Source of the DNA: Auanema rhodensis
Lineage: Eukaryota; Animalia; Nematoda
Direction: 5' to 3'
Assembly (NCBI GenBank): GCA_964057225.1
Contig: OZ059897.1
Coordinates: 10,354,001-10,418,000 of the forward strand
Length of the DNA: 64,000 nt
Below the pieces are notes generated by a model, which saw only the letters and a program-made list of their open reading frames with translations, did no database searches and was not told where the DNA came from. Shown here in pieces: positions 47,501 to 57,200 of the stretch (within the stretch, counting starts at the first letter, position 1; every line of letters begins with the position of its first letter). Made by a program: the position numbers and the translations under genes.

Positions 47501-50226
47501 AAGAAGAAGTCGAAAGACAGGTACAGGAGATGCTGAAGCAAAATATAATTGAACCATCCACATCTCTTTTCAATAGTCCTGTAGTTTTAGTCAAAAAGAA
47601 AGATGAAACATTCCGTTTCGTAACCGATTTCCGTGCTCTAAATAACGTCACTCGCAAGCAAACGTACATCATACCTAACATCTCTGACATTGTCGATATG
47701 GCAGCCGGATCACAATATTTTTCTAACTTTGATTTAGTATCCGGATTCTTCCAAATAGCATTAAAGAAATCAGATCGACCATTAACAGCATTTACAACAA
47801 ACACCGGTACTTATCAATATAGAAGGATGCCTATGGGGTTATGTGGAGCGCCACATACCTTTCAAACAGCAGTACGATACCTTCAAAGCCGATGTAAATG
47901 CCGACTCTTTGTTTATTTGGATGATCTACTCGTTATATCAGACACTGCAGAACAACATCTTGACGATATAGCTGAGATTCTCAGAGAAGTAAAGAAATTA
48001 GGCATGAAAATAAAACTCAAGAAATGCGCTTTTGCAAGACCTGAAGTAAAATTTCTTGGTTTAATTGTCGGAAGAGATGGGGTCAAACCAGATCCACAGA
48101 AAGTATCCGCCATTCAAGACTATCCTGCTCCAAAGTCACCTACAGGAGTAAGAGCATTTTTGGGAATGGTAGGATTCTTTCGGAAATTTATTAAGGACTT
48201 TGCACACATCGCAAGCCCTTTATACGACCTTACAAAACTTGATGTGGAATTTCAATGGAATGACAAAAGTCAACAAGCTGTTGATACACTAAAAAGAAAA
48301 TTGATCCAAGCACCGGTCTTAAAACCACCAAGATCAGACCGTATGTTCATTATAGAAAGTGACGGTAGTAATATCGCAGTGGGAGCAGTGTTATTACAAC
48401 CTGAAGATCCCAATGAACCACTCAAAAACTTACATCCAATTGCATTTGCAAGCCGTAAACTTGTAAAAGCAGAACGTAACTATGCTCCTATTGAAATAGA
48501 AGCGTTAGGACTCGTATATGCTTTAGCTCAGTTTCGAACATATATACTTGGATCACATACAATCTGTATCACAGACCATCGACCATTAACAAGCTTATTG
48601 ACTCGTAGAGACCTTTTTGGAAGACTAGCAAAATTTCAATTAGTCATACAGGAATACGATATCGAGATAAGATACCGAGAAGGCAGACTAAACAAAGTCT
48701 GTGATGCTCTCTCACGATACATTGGAGATGAAGCAAACGATCCTAAACCGGAAAAGAAAAAGAAAACAAAAGAAATTCCGAAAGCTCAAATTAATTTCGT
48801 TAATGTACCTGACATTAGAGCAATTCAAGAGGATACACCTTGGATAAAGAGAACTATCGCCGAAATAGAATACAGAGCGAAAAAGAACATGCTTTCTAAT
48901 GATCGTTATTGTGTTATTGACAACATGTTATACACAAAACCAAGCAGAAAACGACCACACCCAGCTTTGATTTTACCAAGGGAAAGCGAACTTATCAACA
49001 AGGTTATCGAAGAATTTCACGAAGACCCAGCAATTGGAGCACATCAAGGAATTAACAAAACTAAAGAAGCCATACTACGAAGATTTTGCTGGACGAATAT
49101 GCAAACGGACATAGCAATTTTTGTGAAACAATGCGTTAAATGCGCACAAAGGAAGAAAGATCCTCACGCTATGACCGTTCAGCCTATGGGTCAATTTGAA
49201 ATACCATCAAAACCATTTGAGAGAATACATATGGATATTATGGGACCATTCCCTACTTCAAAAAGAAACAACAATTATGTCCTAACAATACAAGATTCAT
49301 TCTCCAAATGGGCGACAACCATCGCTATACCAACAATTGTCACCGATGTCATCATTGATAGATTCCTCAGGAATTTCGCATATATTTTTGGACCACCAAA
49401 TCGTTTAATAACCGATCGTGGATCTAATTTTGTATCAAAGAAATTTGAAGAAATGTGTGAAAAACTTGGCATTAAACACGAGCCAACACTCCCTCATCAG
49501 AAAAACTCTAATGGACAAGTCGAAAGACTACACAGAACGCTAGAAGAAGGATTAACACACTATCTCAACGAAGACGTAACTGATTGGGACATGTATTTAC
49601 CAAAAATTACTTTTGCGTTAAATACAATAACACACGCAACCACAGGAATCTCTCCATACATAGCATTATTCGGAAAAGAAAGTCGTATGAGATTAGACAA
49701 AGAATTATTCCCCGAGACATTACAACCAGAGATCTTGGAAGAAATTGAGAATACCGAATATATCAGAGGAGAAAGAAGAACCATCATTCAAGAAAATCTT
49801 GCAAAACATCAAGAAACCGCGAAGAGAAAACATGATGGACGACAACGAATAGAAGAAAGAGATATCCGAAAAGGAGACCAAGTTATGTTAGCAATTAAAG
49901 CGCATAAACCAGGTCAAAAGCTTCGCAAATCATATGATGGACCATTTGAAGTCATCAACGTTCAAGGAAACATGGTACAACTCAAGAATCCATTTGGAAA
50001 AATTCAAGACGTACACAAAGACAATCTCAAACGTTTTGAACGCAAAATGGACCATACAATCGCTCAAAACACGCGATCAAATACAACGACTCATGACACG
50101 GACGACCACAGCGATATTGAGATCATAAAAGTCATAAATGGTAACGATAACTATGACTCTACTGAAGAAACAGAACCAGAAGACCCATCGGACCAAAATT
50201 GGCTACCACCAAGAAGAAGACAATGA
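41542..50226 (+). CDS. Gag-Env-Pol polyprotein of element D (2894 aa from GTG; true start uncertain, first ATG at 42235)
   Basis: Collinear with the B polyprotein. LWDSGS (46585), YLDD (47914), RNase H, and integrase HHCC/DDE/GPF motifs. Confidence 0.95.
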   Translation: MDKRFRSAVPLSTRTDFDLRDSAPLTRSRARAQSIAIIEDEQKAEHKTDKFFTPRAGTYSPTERLSDEDYVPPGGEETSIIVEEQTPVTAKKVRSSNSNKNKKNKNKNSSKSDASLSLSIPEPTVSPSVATTSAGGLQTFKNIVSDLFNRSPKDRNLNTSHTNRYSSVPNINLSPIQPPEHTHLAITDNQTSTPILPNTTTGSSKAPNQPSRSVHTTPVSENSLTTGRVIKMPSARTNNMATEPSLPGAGKTTIAQALLSPYCPTYDGSRNFRDFTAKFNLFANAVGLVIPERLALLPLLLKNEAAEEAYRQVPEQLKTTGSWNDLLRALTSKLCPEYNQDPALINLQNTTQGDLTIDAYAQSLRTIALSAFATDDPHKDHILRSTFLRGLKNTLKPAVIRAKPKSFTDAIEAARWEESIMNQTTDTQSMLVNAVNKALAPFARTNERRDNRNFDRNYPRDNQNNKNYHNYQNYQKNKNFSKYNNNQNRNGSFANYRRNNNYERNSGRFNNNWHSNNFNPSNNSRRGRTNEHNGQRRVHFNNQRDQSRGRDRSTPRINSVTLSPLSLTVVMAITVAIFLPCVTSYQICTKATGGALLVPPVVKKCKLTETNHVLRTQIHLYTRNHTAHEWDAWRCSKEVHKLCVRDLLFLRDTNRTIDRVQPIAAHECRQAIRDRKWNNMELERIDSIAQATPKPSYDPARAFSRDECEERPRLVLERGVMTRMPDDTILSNLILNTEGCSAHHGNCKSNTSIIIWDPQTSDSRCNYIDMHYYDAIISKETILIPSTQSALILSSKITPKPIASCFRQPAFHTTSGNYITFPKYPNDNNITLLIEREFKKLPFKRPKRATSTKCSFPFDQDRINEVEDFETYTLRICPYPFLRPLMSNPGITQIIPLIKGRRMVDPTYSLKEWIIAHRENFEFFFKIQIYEKSLRHFLKQYDFRDKDEAILQYVAQRELALATKAGISYLTSRQLLQQISDRLTVIEFDRLIRTKEGTYRERAETIALDLANTPVIIEDKLTVPSRQEILKAFVKMPPIRKQLLTDQEERNSKFIKDTIDLVHELKTLVTLRRNKTAADIDDIKFINLPSSRMFVLDTDKLFYDIKNNFGIPIGPHPKLIEPNNISKDLLLEIFLPLLNDNILPNTSSRISSEQLKRLMTEKIHLKSLQTTTRAPSNAAGGAAEMAALPIIDREALITTDPAILPQTSTSPRAAAATTARAPSLMAQPETTARHTTATTTARATISTRTPPTTILYAVHQDQQIPIMEETTYTPISLIRKHRASSTPTATDIESVQANAQYIATKVDSEQQFRQNITSRIAQDHLQYATTMIQEELQKHFKESYESICEIQNRYLELWRSILQIEPTIAMRTILGREDIAARFVGSEILHIHVCPVVLQKTIYHNHTVNGTCYLETPVLTQEGQLLFAAPGSKDLLPHGKEINCDHVPTDVWSTDGEWKGINGTVDVSLISMWDGLHHEKITPLKFTGAHLYTNLSSRVYSMTTAIAYGASLASIRQNHVLHTIHHDPKISSAFSILKKSSDYISKANEFTKSTWNSFVDTIAGTIERTLITIGAITIIVVILIVLAFVAKIYFFKPIGMQVMHIELRDQTNDLPTYEETLELVSQPDQPIPRNIMKQYYPSFLTLVPLAMPIVCSVSNRKDQTLPLLLMTVNDRLILTLWDSGSSISYIRLSTLHYLTLNDFVKKDKSVATTANGSEFRFLGTIDLTVEIAGYEIDHTFFISRDEDCPSPALSGLDFMKTLDRQNIGMKLRPFKQTLEIGNRVVPLANGNNGNIRKTSFAINLINLNPQCIFPHQTCRIPVRLAEPISHNEVAVLQPDEEKTISTTYETAFRDVNSITMPFKNNTDHPIDLSPGNIIDKAKIGVLPQYEIFTTEHNPDYIPPEADWENKLPHFPQDFMNDLDLKDADLTKEQKDLLQLCILRNRDAFLNEDKQIGLFKGPVEHSIPLRTDMDMPRPRITRIPIGKQEEVERQVQEMLKQNIIEPSTSLFNSPVVLVKKKDETFRFVTDFRALNNVTRKQTYIIPNISDIVDMAAGSQYFSNFDLVSGFFQIALKKSDRPLTAFTTNTGTYQYRRMPMGLCGAPHTFQTAVRYLQSRCKCRLFVYLDDLLVISDTAEQHLDDIAEILREVKKLGMKIKLKKCAFARPEVKFLGLIVGRDGVKPDPQKVSAIQDYPAPKSPTGVRAFLGMVGFFRKFIKDFAHIASPLYDLTKLDVEFQWNDKSQQAVDTLKRKLIQAPVLKPPRSDRMFIIESDGSNIAVGAVLLQPEDPNEPLKNLHPIAFASRKLVKAERNYAPIEIEALGLVYALAQFRTYILGSHTICITDHRPLTSLLTRRDLFGRLAKFQLVIQEYDIEIRYREGRLNKVCDALSRYIGDEANDPKPEKKKKTKEIPKAQINFVNVPDIRAIQEDTPWIKRTIAEIEYRAKKNMLSNDRYCVIDNMLYTKPSRKRPHPALILPRESELINKVIEEFHEDPAIGAHQGINKTKEAILRRFCWTNMQTDIAIFVKQCVKCAQRKKDPHAMTVQPMGQFEIPSKPFERIHMDIMGPFPTSKRNNNYVLTIQDSFSKWATTIAIPTIVTDVIIDRFLRNFAYIFGPPNRLITDRGSNFVSKKFEEMCEKLGIKHEPTLPHQKNSNGQVERLHRTLEEGLTHYLNEDVTDWDMYLPKITFALNTITHATTGISPYIALFGKESRMRLDKELFPETLQPEILEEIENTEYIRGERRTIIQENLAKHQETAKRKHDGRQRIEERDIRKGDQVMLAIKAHKPGQKLRKSYDGPFEVINVQGNMVQLKNPFGKIQDVHKDNLKRFERKMDHTIAQNTRSNTTTHDTDDHSDIEIIKVINGNDNYDSTEETEPEDPSDQNWLPPRRRQ
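43216..46326 (+). other. env: Env domain of D: signal peptide, gB-like ectodomain and TM
   Basis: ...VVMAITVAIFLPCVTS|YQIC, Cys pattern conserved with B, RPKR and RKHR sites, TM LITIGAITIIVVILIVLAFV. Confidence 0.8.
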
Positions 50227-50911
50227 AAGAAATAATTTCGAGATTGATAAAATTATTGTAAAACTTTGTATCAACTCTCTTTTAAAAAACCAGAGCTATT
50301 AATATTATTATATCATTGAAAAACTTGAGTAAGACGAGATGTAAGCTAATAATCAATGAGCATTTCAGTTTCAAAGCATATATGATTATAAAACTTCATC
50401 AATTTCAAATAATTTCCCGTAAATAAAGAAGAAATGAAAGATAAGAGACATTATATTGCATATTCATCTGAGCAACAGTCCTTATCAAGTAGTTAATGAT
50501 TCAATTCCGGAAATTATATGGGATTTACTTTAATTTTTTTTTATTATTACAATTTGCTTTGAATACGCTGAGGAAACATGCTAGCTCCATCGATAATATA
50601 GCATGACTCTCGTTTCTCTATACTCAAACAAGTTAGACATGCAGCGTCGTGCCTAAAAAGCTATTTTGCGCACTCTCGCTGACAAAATATAGCCCTGGTA
50701 TTCTAAAAGATTGTTTTATTCCTTAATATTCATGTATTTTCAAATAATTTTTATTAAATTCTTTTCAGATAATATTGTTTAACATTATATTGTAATTTTT
50801 CTTTACTATTTTTATGTTAACATTGTAATTTTTAATTTTTAAAACTAAACCTTCTGCTACGATTGGAACAAGCCACATATTTTGCTATTCGCGAGGACGC
50901 GACATAAACTC

Positions 50912-50923
50912 GAAAAAATGGCA
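50912..50923 (+). promoter_or_regulatory. Short, imperfect polypurine tract of D plus CA spacer
   Basis: GAAAAAATGG-CA immediately before the 3' LTR. Confidence 0.65.
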
Positions 50924-51260
50924 CGTTCCATTCGGAAATCAATACGTAGCAGGCGGGTTAGAATCAGACGACATGAGGCTGAGAGAGGACGACACGCCCT
51001 TCATATGGAACACAGACTTCAGCTTTGCCTTATGGAATGACTATGGATGGTTGGTCTTCCTTTCTTAGCTCTCTTTCACTTTATATCTTTATGTAGACTT
51101 ATATAACTTATTGTAATCATGTAGACATAATAAACCTTTCTTTCTCGAGTCTTATGTTTATCCATTATGCTCTTTATCTACCGCTACATCTGGAATACTA
51201 TCACACTCATCTTGTAGGCTTTATTGGTCTATAGGATCGACGTGAGAGCATAACGGAACG
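50924..51260 (+). repeat. 3' LTR of element D (337 bp)
   Basis: Direct repeat of 39796-40132. Confidence 0.97.
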
Positions 51261-54200
51261 GTTCCAACAATTTTCGATTAAATCACGTTCAATTAACTGT
51301 ATTGTTTTCAAAAATAAAGACAAAATTCAATTTCTGTTCATTGAATTAGAATTTTTATGTTGTCACACAGGAAATGAAGAATCTTAGTTCATTTCAGTAA
51401 CAAGGAACACAATAACTTTGTTTAGTTTGTAATACCGGCCCAAGTAGTATAGTGGTTAGTACTCCACGTTGTGGCCGTGGCGACACAGGTTCGATTCCTG
51501 TCTTGGGCATTTTTTGTTTTGAAATTTAAATGCTATAAAATTATTGCTTGCTTGTCATGTTAGATTTGTTTAATTTGAATACTTATTTAGGTTCGAACAA
51601 TTTTCGATTAAATCACGTTCATTAAACTGTATTGTTTTCAAAAATAAAGACAAAATTCAATTTCTGTTCATTGAATTAGAATTTTCATGTTGTCACACAG
51701 AAATTGAAGAATCTTAGTTCATTTCAGTAACAATGAACACACTAACTTTGTTAAGTTGTTGTAATATCGGCCCAAGTAGTATAGTGGTTAGTACTCCACG
51801 TTGTGGCCGTGGCGACACAGGTTCGATTCCTGTCTTGGGCATTTTTTGTTTTGAAATTTAAATGCTATGAAATTATTGCTTGCTTGTCATGTTAGATTTG
51901 TTTAATTTAAATACTTATTTAAGTTCCAACAATTTTCGATTAAATCACGTTCAATTAACTGTATTGTTTTCAAAAATAAAGACAAAATTCAATTTCTGTT
52001 CATTGAATTAGAATTTTTATGTTGTCACACAGGAAATGAAGAATCTTAGTTCATTTCAGTAACAATGAACACAATAACTTTGTTTAGTTTGTAATACCGG
52101 CCCAAGTAGTATAGTGGTTAGTACTCCACGTTGTGGCCGTGGCGACACAGGTTCGATTCCTGTCTTGGGCATTTTTTATTTTGAAATTAAAATGCTATAA
52201 AATTATTGCTTGCTTGTCATGTTAGATTTGTTTAATTCAAATACTTATTTAAGTTCTAACAATTTTTGATTAAATCACGTTCATTAAACTGTATTGTTTT
52301 CAAAAATAAAGACATCTTTCAATTTCTGGTCATTGAATTAGAATTTTCATGTTGTCACACAGAAATTGAAGAATCTTAGTTCATTTTAGTAACAATGAAC
52401 ACACTAACTTTGTTAAGTTGTTGTAATATCGGCCCAAGTAGTATAGTGGTTAGTACTCCACGTTGTGGCCGTGGCGACACAGGTTCGATTCTTGTCTTGG
52501 GCATTTTTTGTTTTGAAATTAAAATGCTATAAACATATTGCTTGCTTGTCATGTTAGATTTGTTTAATTTAAATACTTATCTAAGTTCTAACAATTTTTG
52601 ATTTAATCACGTTCAATTAACTGTATTGTTTTCAAAAATAAAGACATCTTTCAATTTCTGGTCATTGAATTAGAATTTTCATGTTGTCACACAGGAAATG
52701 AAGAATCTTAGTTTATTTCAGTAACAATGAACACAATAATTTTGTTTAGTTTGTAATACCGGCCCAAGTAGTATAGTGGTTAGTACTCCACGTTGTGGCC
52801 GTGGCGACACAGGTTCGATTCCTGTCTTGGGCATTTTTTGTTTTGAAATTTAAATGCTATAAAATTATTGCTTGCTTGTCATGTTAGATTTGTTTAATTT
52901 AAATACTTATTTAAGTTCCAACAATTTTTGATTAAATCACATTCAATTAACTGTATTGTTTTCAAACATAAAGACAAAATTCAACTTCTGTTCATTGAAT
53001 TAGAATTTTCATGTTGTCACACAGAAATTGAAGAATCTTAGTTCTTTCAGTAACAATGAACACACTAACTTTGTTAAGTTGTTGTAATATCGGCCCAAGT
53101 AGTATAGTGGTTAGTACTCCACGTTGTGGCCGTGGCGACACAGGTTCGATTCCTGTCTTGGGCATTTTTTGTTTTGAAATTTAAATGCTATGAAATTATT
53201 GCTTGCTTGTCATGTTAGATTTGTTTAACTTAAATACTTATTTAAGTTCTAACAATTTTTGATTTAATCACGTTCAATTAACTGTATTGTTTTCAAAAAT
53301 AAAGACATCTTTCAATTTCTGGTCATTGAATTAGAATTTTCATGTTGTCACACAGAAATTGAAGAATCTTAGTTCATTTTAGTAACAATGAACACACTAA
53401 CTTTGTTAAGTTGTTGTAATATCGGCCCAAGTAGTATAGTGGTTAGTACTCCACGTTGTGGCCGTGGCGACACAGGTTCGATTCTTGTCTTGGGCATTTT
53501 TTGTTTTGAAATTAAAATGCTATAAACATATTGCTTGCTTGTCATGTTAGATTTGTTTAATTTAAATACTTATCTAAGTTCTAACAATTTTTGATTTAAT
53601 CACGTTCAATTAACTGTATTGTTTTCAAAAATAAAGACATCTTTCAATTTCTGGTCATTGAATTAGAATTTTCATGTTGTCACACAGGAAATGAAGAATC
53701 TTAGTTCATTTCAGTAACAATGAACACAATAACTTTGTTTAGTTTGTAATACCGGCCCAAGTAGTATAGTGGTTAGTACTCCACGTTGTGGCCGTGGCGA
53801 CACAGGTTCGATTCCTGTCTTGGGCATTTTTTATTTTGAAATTAAAATGCTATAAAATTATTGCTTGCTTGTCATGTTAGATTTGTTTAATTCAAATACT
53901 TATTTAAGTTCTAACAATTTTTGATTAAATCACGTTCATTAAACTGTATTGTTTTCAAAAATAAAGACATCTTTCAATTTCTGGTCATTGAATTAGAATT
54001 TTCATGTTGTCACACAGAAATTGAAGAATCTTAGTTCATTTTAGTAACAATGAACACACTAACTTTGTTAAGTTGTTGTAATATCGGCCCAAGTAGTATA
54101 GTGGTTAGTACTCCACGTTGTGGCCGTGGCGACACAGGTTCGATTCTTGTCTTGGGCATTTTTTGTTTTGAAATTAAAATGCTATAAAATTATTGCTTGC

Positions 54201-57200
54201 TTGTCATGTTAGATTTGTTTAATTTAAATACTTATTTAAGTTCCAACAATTTTCGATTAAATCACGTTCAATTAACTGTATTGTTTTCAAAAATAAAGAC
54301 AAAATTCAATTTCTGTTCATTGAATTAGAATTTTTATGTTGTCACACAGGAAATGAAGAATCTTAGTTCATTTCAGTAACAATGAACACAATAACTTTGT
54401 TTAGTTTGTAATACCGGCCCAAGTAGTATAGTGGTTAGTACTCCACGTTGTGGCCGTGGCGACACAGGTTCGATTCCTGTCTTGGGCATTTTTTATTTTG
54501 AAATTAAAATGCTATAAAATTATTGCTTGCTTGTCATGTTAGATTTGTTTAATTCAAATACTTATTTAAGTTCTAACAATTTTTGATTAAATCACGTTCA
54601 TTAAACTGTATTGTTTTCAAAAATAAAGACATCTTTCAATTTCTGGTCATTGAATTAGAATTTTCATGTTGTCACACAGAAATTGAAGAATCTTAGTTCA
54701 TTTTAGTAACAATGAACACACTAACTTTGTTAAGTTGTTGTAATATCGGCCCAAGTAGTATAGTGGTTAGTACTCCACGTTGTGGCCGTGGCGACACAGG
54801 TTCGATTCTTGTCTTGGGCATTTTTTGTTTTGAAATTAAAATGCTATAAACATATTGCTTGCTTGTCATGTTAGATTTGTTTAATTTAAATACTTATCTA
54901 AGTTCTAACAATTTTTGATTTAATCACGTTCAATTAACTGTATTGTTTTCAAAAATAAAGACATCTTTCAATTTCTGGTCATTGAATTAGAATTTTCATG
55001 TTGTCACACAGGAAATGAAGAATCTTAGTTCATTTCAGTAACAATGAACACAATAATTTGGTTTAGTTTGTAATACCGGCCCAAGTAGTATAGTGGTTAG
55101 TACTCCACGTTGTGGCCGTGGCGACACAGGTTCGATTCCTGTCTTGGGCATTTTTTGTTTTGAAATTTAAATGCTATAAAATTATTGCTTGCTTGTCATG
55201 TTAGATTTGTTTAATTTAAATACTTATTAAAGTTCCAACAATTTTCGATTAAATCACATTCAATTAACTGTATTGTTTTCAAAAATAAAGACAAAATTCA
55301 ACTTCTGTTCATTGAATTAGAATTTTCATGTTGTCACACAGAAATTGAAGATTCTTAGTTCATTTCAGTAACAATGAACACACTAACTTTGTTAAGTTGT
55401 TGTAATATCGGCCCAAGTAGTATAGTGGTTAGTACTCCACGTTGTGGCCGTGGCGACACAGGTTCGATTCCTGTCTTGGGCATTTTTTGTTTTGAAATTT
55501 AAATGCTATGAAATTATTGCTTGCTTGTCATGTTAGATTTGTTCAATTTAAATACTTATTTAAGTTCCAACAATTTTCGATTAAATCACGTTCAATTAAC
55601 TGTATTGTTTTCAAAAATAAAGACAAAATTCAATTTCTGTTCATTGAATTAGAATTTTTATGTTGTCACACAGGAAATGAAGAATCTTAGTTCATTTCAG
55701 TAACAAGGAACACAATAACTTTGTTTAGTTTGTAATACCGGCCCAAGTAGTATAGTGGTTAGTACTCCACGTTGTGGCCGTGGCGACACAGGTTCGATTC
55801 CTGTCTTGGGCATTTTTTGTTTTGAAATTTAAATGCTATAAAATTATTGCTTGCTTGTCATGTTAGATTTGTTTAATTTGAATACTTATTTAGGTTCGAA
55901 CAATTTTCGATTAAATCACGTTCATTAAACTGTATTGTTTTCAAAAATAAAGACAAAATTCAATTTCTGTTCATTGAATTAGAATTTTCATGTTGTCACA
56001 CAGAAATTGAAGAATCTTAGTTCATTTCAGTAACAATGAACACACTAACTTTGTTAAGTTGTTGTAATATCGGCCCAAGTAGTATAGTGGTTAGTACTCC
56101 ACGTTGTGGCCGTGGCGACACAGGTTCGATTCCTGTCTTGGGCATTTTTTGTTTTGAAATTTAAATGCTATGAAATTATTGCTTGCTTGTCATGTTAGAT
56201 TTGTTTAATTTAAATACTTATTTAAGTTCCAACAATTTTCGATTAAATCACGTTCAATTAACTGTATTGTTTTCAAAAATAAAGACAAAATTCAATTTCT
56301 GTTCATTGAATTAGAATTTTTATGTTGTCACACAGGAAATGAAGAATCTTAGTTCATTTCAGTAACAATGAACACAATAACTTTGTTTAGTTTGTAATAC
56401 CGGCCCAAGTAGTATAGTGGTTAGTACTCCACGTTGTGGCCGTGGCGACACAGGTTCGATTCCTGTCTTGGGCATTTTTTATTTTGAAATTAAAATGCTA
56501 TAAAATTATTGCTTGCTTGTCATGTTAGATTTGTTTAATTCAAATACTTATTTAAGTTCTAACAATTTTTGATTAAATCACGTTCATTAAACTGTATTGT
56601 TTTCAAAAATAAAGACATCTTTCAATTTCTGGTCATTGAATTAGAATTTTCATGTTGTCACACAGAAATTGAAGAATCTTAGTTCATTTTAGTAACAATG
56701 AACACACTAACTTTGTTAAGTTGTTGTAATATCGGCCCAAGTAGTATAGTGGTTAGTACTCCACGTTGTGGCCGTGGCGACACAGGTTCGATTCTTGTCT
56801 TGGGCATTTTTTGTTTTGAAATTAAAATGCTATAAACATATTGCTTGCTTGTCATGTTAGATTTGTTTAATTTAAATACTTATCTAAGTTCTAACAATTT
56901 TTGATTTAATCACGTTCAATTAACTGTATTGTTTTCAAAAATAAAGACATCTTTCAATTTCTGGTCATTGAATTAGAATTTTCATGTTGTCACACAGGAA
57001 ATGAAGAATCTTAGTTTATTTCAGTAACAATGAACACAATAATTTTGTTTAGTTTGTAATACCGGCCCAAGTAGTATAGTGGTTAGTACTCCACGTTGTG
57101 GCCGTGGCGACACAGGTTCGATTCCTGTCTTGGGCATTTTTTGTTTTGAAATTTAAATGCTATAAAATTATTGCTTGCTTGTCATGTTAGATTTGTTTAA

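Larger units (their letters stand above)
39796..51260 (+). mobile_element. Full-length LTR retrotransposon/endogenous virus D (gag-env-pol single ORF), 11,465 bp, TSD GTTC
   Basis: 337-bp LTRs that look identical by eye. TSD GTTC at 39792-39795 and 51261-51264. PBS, PPT and an intact 2894-aa ORF are present. Confidence 0.97.

Noticed and set aside
49934-50128. Alternative-frame ORF in D that a spliced RNA like C would translate
   Set aside because: The equivalent frame in B stops after three codons (TCA TCA ACG TAG), so a conserved spliced protein is unsupported.
55508-55690. Short ORFs in array units (also 62971-63162 and 39749-39940)
   Set aside because: Chance products of spacer SNPs or an array/LTR junction, not conserved across units.
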